A stretch of DNA of 64,000 nucleotides from an uncultured Gammaproteobacteria bacterium (GTDB lineage Bacteria; Patescibacteriota; Microgenomatia; UBA12405): assembly GCA_964538765.1 (NCBI GenBank), contig CAZIHS010000003.1, forward strand, positions 631 through 64,630, written 5' to 3'. The translations under genes and the position numbers were made by a program. This document shows, in pieces, positions 60,315 through 64,000 of this stretch; the stretch's first letter is position 1, and the number at the start of each line of letters is the position of its first letter. The notes beneath the pieces were generated by a model that was not told the origin of the DNA, ran no database searches, and worked only from the letters and a program-made list of their open reading frames with translations.

Positions 60315-61008
60315 CCCCGACATTGCCATTCTCGAGTTTCGACCCGGCCCCGGCGGGGAAGAATCGCAAATTTGGCTTCAAGACCTCCTCAAGATGTATT
60401 CCCGCTATGCCAACCGGGTTGGCTGGAAAGTTTCACAAATAGACGACAACATAATCAAGATTAGTGGCCATGACGCCTATAACCAGCTTAAGTTTGAAAC
60501 CGGTACCCACCGCGTCCAGCGCATCCCCGTTACCGAAAAACGGGGCCGAATCCACACCTCGACCGCCGCCGTCGTCGTTTTGCCTCAAATTGACTCACTC
60601 AGTCAAACTTTCCGCCCCGAAGATTTGGAAATAACCGCCACCCGGGCCGGCGGCCATGGGGGCCAAAACGTCAATAAAGTCAGCACCGCCATCCGCCTGG
60701 TCCACCGGCCCACCGGCATTACCATCTCAGTTCGCCAGGAAAGGTCTCAACAGCAAAACCGAGAAATCGCTCTTCAAATACTTCAGGCCAAACTGTGGCA
60801 AATCGAGGAAGAGAAACGTTCCAGCCAACTTGACTCAACCCGATCCTCAATCGGTCAGGCTCTCCGCGCCGATAAAATCCGCACCTACAACTATGCCAGA
60901 AATCAGGTTAAAGACCACCGGATCGGAAAAGACTTCAACCTCGACAAAATCATCAACGGCGACCTCACCGACCTACTGCTCGAGCTGTCAGTCCTCGACC
61001 AAAAATAA
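60301..61008 (+). CDS. prfA: Peptide chain release factor 1, lacking N-terminal domain
   Basis: [21 protein letters not shown] (PxT), [16 protein letters not shown]; rpmE-prfA synteny. Confidence 0.88.
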   Translation: MPNLNPDIAILEFRPGPGGEESQIWLQDLLKMYSRYANRVGWKVSQIDDNIIKISGHDAYNQLKFETGTHRVQRIPVTEKRGRIHTSTAAVVVLPQIDSLSQTFRPEDLEITATRAGGHGGQNVNKVSTAIRLVHRPTGITISVRQERSQQQNREIALQILQAKLWQIEEEKRSSQLDSTRSSIGQALRADKIRTYNYARNQVKDHRIGKDFNLDKIINGDLTDLLLELSVLDQK

Positions 61009-61010
61009 GT

Positions 61011-62210
61011 CTACTTCCTCTTCTCCAGCTTAACTTTAACTTCCCCTGCCTTACCGTCTCGCCAGTATTTAACCACCACCGTATCCCCAATTTTCTTATT
61101 ATTTATAAGAGAAGACAAAGTAGTACTGCTTTCATCATTTAATTTCTTCCCTTCAATTTCAACTATAATGTCTTCCGCCTTTATCCCCGCCTTTTCCGCC
61201 GGGCTTCCTTCAACTACTTCCTGAACATAGGCTCCCACCGGCACCTCGTTTAAAAGTGCCGCCTGTTTAGAAATCATCCGATAGGCTACCCCCAAATACG
61301 GACGGTCAAACTCGCCGGTAGTTTTAAAATTATCAATCGACTCTTTTACTAAATTTATCGGCAGTGCAAACCCCACATTTTGCCCCTGTTGCGACACCGC
61401 CACATTCACCCCAATTACTTCGCCGCTGGAGTTAAGCAAGGGACCTCCCGAGTTACCAGGATTTATGGCCGCATCCGTCTGAATAACGTTGTCAAGTTTT
61501 TCCGAACCTTCAAGCGGTGAACCGGCCACAATTCCCCTGCCCAACCCGGATATCACCCCGGTAGTCACCGTCGACCTAAACTCACCTAAAGCCGTTCCAA
61601 TTGCAATCACCGTCTGCCCAACTTTCAAGCGGTTTGAATCTCCCAAAACCAAAGTCGGCAAATCTTTTTTGTCAACTTTTAAAATCGCCAGATCGGTTAC
61701 CGGGTCTCGGTAAATCTGCTTCACCTCAACCACCTCATCCTTGCCAATTACCACCTTGTACTTTGCTTCGGTATCAGCCACCACATGTTTGTTTGTAACC
61801 ACCAGCCCGTCGGCGCCAATTATAAACCCGGTGCCGATATCCTGTTCAACCTTTTGCTCTTGCCCCGGTTGACCCCGTCTTGGCACACCAAAAAACTGGC
61901 TAAAAAAATCGTTTCCAAAAAACATATCGATGTTGCCCAAATTTCTTGTCTTACTAATCGATACTGTCACCACCCCCGGCGTTGCCTTTTCCACCACCCT
62001 GGTCGCCACCGACTCCTGATCAACCACCTCGCGGCTCACCCTGCTGTCAACTGCCTTGTCGGCGCTGCCTACACTTCTTGGAATATATTTATCCAAAAAT
62101 TTAATACCCGATATCCGGTCAAAAACAGCCCCGGTAAAAAGTGATCCCATCACCATCATTCCCACCAATAATCCAACCACAAAATTGCTTTTATTATTAT
62201 TTTCTTTCAT
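61011..62210 (-). CDS. HtrA/DegP-family serine protease with PDZ domain
   Basis: TNKHVV, DLAIL, TDAAINPGNSGGPL. Confidence 0.96.
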   Translation of the reverse strand: MKENNNKSNFVVGLLVGMMVMGSLFTGAVFDRISGIKFLDKYIPRSVGSADKAVDSRVSREVVDQESVATRVVEKATPGVVTVSISKTRNLGNIDMFFGNDFFSQFFGVPRRGQPGQEQKVEQDIGTGFIIGADGLVVTNKHVVADTEAKYKVVIGKDEVVEVKQIYRDPVTDLAILKVDKKDLPTLVLGDSNRLKVGQTVIAIGTALGEFRSTVTTGVISGLGRGIVAGSPLEGSEKLDNVIQTDAAINPGNSGGPLLNSSGEVIGVNVAVSQQGQNVGFALPINLVKESIDNFKTTGEFDRPYLGVAYRMISKQAALLNEVPVGAYVQEVVEGSPAEKAGIKAEDIIVEIEGKKLNDESSTTLSSLINNKKIGDTVVVKYWRDGKAGEVKVKLEKRK

Positions 62211-62237
62211 ATCAAAATTATAATAAAAAAACTGAAA

Positions 62238-63452
62238 TTATTCTGAAATCACCACCAGGGCCTTGTCAAGCTGCTCATCTTCTTTGGTTGCGCCATTATC
62301 TTTCACCAATACATCAGGCTCAACTCCCTCTTTGTGAATATTTTTCCCGTTTGGCAGCAGCCATCTGGCAATTGTCACATGCAATCCGGAACCATCGGGA
62401 TAATCTTGAGGCTGCTGAACTGTTCCTTTGCCAAACGTTTTCTCTCCCACCAGTTTGGCCCGGTTGTAATCTTTCAGCGCCCCGGCTAAAATCTCTGCCG
62501 CCGAAGCCGAACCTCCGTTAACTAAAACAACCAGTTTTTCTTTTAAAAGCTGTCTGCGGCTGCTGTCCACCTGGTACGTTTCCACCTTGCCGTCTGAAGT
62601 TTCCTGTTTAACCACCACTCCGGAGTTGATAAAATCAGACGCCACCAGCACCGATGCCTGCAAAAACCCGCCCGGGTTATTCCTAAGATCCAATATTATT
62701 CCTCCCAAGGCTCCCCTGCTTTCTTCATCTTTAATTTTTTTAACCATTTCCGGCCATTCTTTATAAACCTGCTCAGAAAACTTATACAACTTCACCCAGG
62801 CGATTTTCTTCTGTCCGCTACCTTTCCACTCAAGCTCTAAACTCGACACCACAATATTCTCCCTCACCAACGCAACTTCAAACGGTTCCTTTTCACCCTC
62901 CCTGTATATTTTCAGGCTCACTTCAGTCCCCACCTTTCCTCTTATCAAATCCACCGCTTCGTCTAAAGCCATTCCGTTGGTATCTTTATCAACCTTTTTT
63001 TCTTTATCAACTATTTTTAAAATTAAATCTCCCGCCTTCAATCCGCTCCTGTCCGCCGGTGTTTTCGCCAAAGGCGACATTATCGCCAGGTTACGGTCTT
63101 TATACCCCAATGATATTCCTACCCCCCCAAACTCACCCGCCAGGTCCTCATTCGAGTTTTTATTTTCCTTGGGCGGTAAAAACACCGTGTAAGGATCCCC
63201 CAGCGAAGCCACCAAACCCGAAATGGCCCCATAAGCCATATCCTTATCCTTAATTTTATCCTTATCCAAATAATATTTTTCCAAATTTGCCTTAACTTTC
63301 CACATCAAAGACAAATCAAGCGGAGCCTTCTCATTTCCAGCCACCCCAACGCTGTCATCCGACCACCTTTGGCCCAATCTGAAACTGACCAAACAAAACA
63401 CCGATAATACCGCCAAACCAACAACCAAGTTTCGCCATTTTTTCAAACTCAT
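62238..63452 (-). CDS. S41 carboxy-terminal processing protease (CtpA family)
   Basis: DPYT, PDZ, LDLRNNPGG, SASAAEI, TFGKG. Confidence 0.96.
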   Translation of the reverse strand: MSLKKWRNLVVGLAVLSVFCLVSFRLGQRWSDDSVGVAGNEKAPLDLSLMWKVKANLEKYYLDKDKIKDKDMAYGAISGLVASLGDPYTVFLPPKENKNSNEDLAGEFGGVGISLGYKDRNLAIMSPLAKTPADRSGLKAGDLILKIVDKEKKVDKDTNGMALDEAVDLIRGKVGTEVSLKIYREGEKEPFEVALVRENIVVSSLELEWKGSGQKKIAWVKLYKFSEQVYKEWPEMVKKIKDEESRGALGGIILDLRNNPGGFLQASVLVASDFINSGVVVKQETSDGKVETYQVDSSRRQLLKEKLVVLVNGGSASAAEILAGALKDYNRAKLVGEKTFGKGTVQQPQDYPDGSGLHVTIARWLLPNGKNIHKEGVEPDVLVKDNGATKEDEQLDKALVVISE

Positions 63453-63503
63453 ATCATACAATAAACTAATCACCGCCCCATATCAACCTCTTAAAAAGAG
63501 ACC

Positions 63504-63740
63504 TTACTGGGATGTCACAAACGGCAACAAACCCAAATGTCTTGCCTGTTTAATTGCCACCGCCAATCTCTTCTGGTGCCTTTTACAAAGACCGGTTACC
63601 ATCGTCGATTTTATTCTTGATCGGTGACTTAGATATTCAAAAAGCTTGGAATAATCCTTCCAGCCATAATCCAAAGAGGATTTACACCAAGAGCAAAACT
63701 TGGGTTTGTTAATTCTTACTTTCCGTTTTTTTTCACTCAT
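63504..63740 (-). CDS. rpsR: 30S ribosomal protein S18
   Basis: TGLC..HQ..LA.AIK.AR.LGLLPF. Confidence 0.96.
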   Translation of the reverse strand: MSEKKRKVRINKPKFCSWCKSSLDYGWKDYSKLFEYLSHRSRIKSTMVTGLCKRHQKRLAVAIKQARHLGLLPFVTSQ

Positions 63741-63749
63741 AAGAAAAGA

Positions 63750-64000
63750 TTAAAAAGGCATTTCTTCTTTCTTCTGTTCATCGACTGGTGGAACTTCCTC
63801 AAACTGGTCAGGAATCACCACATCCTCAATCTCTCCTGGTTGAGTCTCAATATCAGTTTCTGCCGCCGCCGGTGAGACCTCGTTCATATTATTTTGGTTC
63901 GGCACGCCTTTGTTGTCCAAAACCATCATATCATCAATTACAATTTCGGCCACCTGCTTTTTAATTCCCTGACTGTCAACAAACTCACGGTATTGCAACC
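63750..64000 (-). CDS. ssb: Single-stranded DNA-binding protein (5' part outside window)
   Basis: LQYREF...G.K...AEIV; acidic tail ending EEMPF; upstream of rpsR. Confidence 0.92.
   Translation of the reverse strand, partial: LQYREFVDSQGIKKQVAEIVIDDMMVLDNKGVPNQNNMNEVSPAAAETDIETQPGEIEDVVIPDQFEEVPPVDEQKKEEMPF

Overview
Core-genome window of a small-genome bacterium, most likely Patescibacteria/CPR (Microgenomates-like). This assignment is inferred from gene content, a secretin-less type IV pilus locus, leaderless gene starts and extreme strand skew. Genetic code 11. Translation genes: thrS-infC-rpmI-rplT-pheS-pheT, rpmF-nusB-rnc-rpsP-khpA, pth, hisS, rpmE-prfA, rpsR. Replication and repair genes: recG, holB-like, ligA, gyrBA, xer recombinase, dnaB, ssb. 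The window also holds an ~18 kb type IV pilus cluster with many pilins and a 1479-aa Cys/Pro-Thr-rich candidate adhesin, a MacAB-like ABC exporter, and three tRNAs (Ala-CGC, Leu-CAA, His-GTG). The most notable signal is a set of four unannotated short leader ORFs, each followed by mutually exclusive antiterminator/terminator hairpins. One is Phe-rich and lies before pheS. Two contain His codons and flank tRNA-His upstream of hisS; one of these appears to gate the tRNA-His gene itself. The fourth precedes an orphan gene. Other oddities: a remodelled PheS amino-acid pocket, an RF1 lacking domain 1, a tRNA-linked GIY-YIG nuclease with palindromic repeats, and a stand-alone HEPN protein. All structures were paired by eye; nothing was computed or searched.
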